Position numbers and translations under genes: made by a program
Part shown: positions 62,940-64,000 of the stretch, piece after piece
How positions within the stretch are numbered: position 1 is the first letter of the stretch
Layout: every line of letters starts with the position of its first letter
DNA from: Podarcis tiliguerta
Taxonomy: Eukaryota
Assembly (NCBI GenBank): GCA_965153285.1
Contig: OZ229117.1
Strand: one strand, 5' to 3'
Length of the DNA: 64,000 bases
Notes under the pieces: model-generated
What the model was told of the DNA's origin: nothing
The model's database searches: none
Seen by the model: the letters and a program-made list of their open reading frames with translations, nothing else

Positions 62940-63146
62940 AGGGGAGTGGTTGTAGGCGGGAGCCTGAGCACCTCCCCTAGCAGGGGGCAGCTGCCCCCGC
63001 TTTCCTAGTTTACCTGGCTGGCGCCCCGCCCACCAGCCGGCATCCAATCGGGAGCCGCCGGGGGGCGTGTGCAGGTATCTTTAACTTGCCGCGCCAGCCC
63101 TCGCCTCTGCCTCTTTCTTCTTCGCCCGTCGAGAGTCACCCTAACA
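62940..63146. promoter_or_regulatory. Small CpG-rich promoter-like patch with CTCF-like, GC-box and CCAAT motifs
   Basis: CTAGCAGGGGGCAGC (~62978-62992), CCCCGCCC, CCAATC; local CpG enrichment. Confidence 0.45.
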
Positions 63147-63474
63147 TTTAAACTATTCAACAGCTTCCTGGGGGAACTTGCACTCCAGTGCAGTCAGCAG
63201 TTTTGCCACTTGTTTCTTGTTCTAATCTGGCAGCTTGGTTGTTCCTCTTATGATGACCAGCCCAAAGGAAAACCCCCATCAATAATGGAACTTGATGTGT
63301 TGACTTTGAGTGTTTTGGTGCTACTACAGATTACCCGTAATGAGGCAAAAGGGGCTACTTCAGCTGAAACCAACATAAAATTAAAAGCCCACTGGGTTTC
63401 TTTGTTCCCTTCAAAAATTACATCATGAATAAGAACTGGGTATTGAAAACTACCATCTAGGAAAGGAAGAGGGT

Positions 63475-63560
63475 GCCTTAGCCCTGCATCAAAGGCATCT
63501 GTTTGCACAACAAACTTTTTAGTAAAATCAGGCCCCTTCAATGCTGGATTATAATGGGTT
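63475..63560 (-). mobile_element. Gypsy/Ty3 LTR-retrotransposon pol remnant (RT-RNase H junction)
   Basis: NPALKGPDFTKKFVVQTDAFDAGL matches the P-L--PDF---F-V-TDAS--G motif. Confidence 0.7.
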
Positions 63561-64000
63561 CATTAAGTGCTGAGTAGAGATATCAGAAAATACTGATGGA
63601 AATAAAAGGACGGAAAGTGCCAATTTTCATTAAAAATAAATTCAGTGAATACTATTTGTATTTGTCACTGTTACTGTTTGCAGACTGAAAGCAACATGTA
63701 AATAATTATTTTTGCATTGAGTTTCCTTTATACTGAAATATATGAGGTAGAATAACATGCCAATTATGTTTACATAATTTGGTATTTAGTTATGTATGTT
63801 ATGTAATTTTACCACGGTGGATTGTGGGGCAAATAATGTAGTTTTTTGGGAAAGACAAAACTGCAGAGCAATGGAAACATGTCTGTGGCTGAAGAATTCA
63901 TATCATAGTGTGTGTGGGGGAACTATCATAACCCTAATGCTGAGCCGAAGCACCCAGCCCAAAGATTTCTGTGGGTGGTTCCCCCCCCCCCCCAATAAAT

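Overview
Vertebrate genomic DNA, very probably from a squamate reptile (lacertid-like), inferred from Sauria SINEs, Bov-B LINE 3' ends and reptile-type L2/CR1/MITE repeats. Two genes are arranged head to head. (1) SLC9A1/NHE1 lies on the minus strand; only its CpG-island promoter/5'UTR and coding exon 1 (15553->15208) are present, and bases 1-15207 are intron 1. (2) WDTC1 (adipose/DCAF9) is complete on the plus strand: a non-coding exon 1 ending at 27501 plus 15 coding exons (32909-49185), all GT-AG and phase-consistent, giving 2016 nt and 671 aa. The rest is intronic or intergenic DNA with many transposons, several with readable target-site duplications (TSDs): Bov-B, Sauria SINE, tRNA-derived SINEs, L2, L1, CR1, TA-flanked Tc1/mariner MITEs, hAT MITEs, a solo LTR and a Gypsy remnant. 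I see no wholly new gene system. The best leads are regulatory: a recursive-splice-like AG|GTAAT site and five upstream ATGs in the WDTC1 leader, stop/start-coupled (AUGA) uORFs in the SLC9A1 leader, an intact solo LTR in the sense orientation in SLC9A1 intron 1, and a Tc1 terminal repeat that resembles fish elements.
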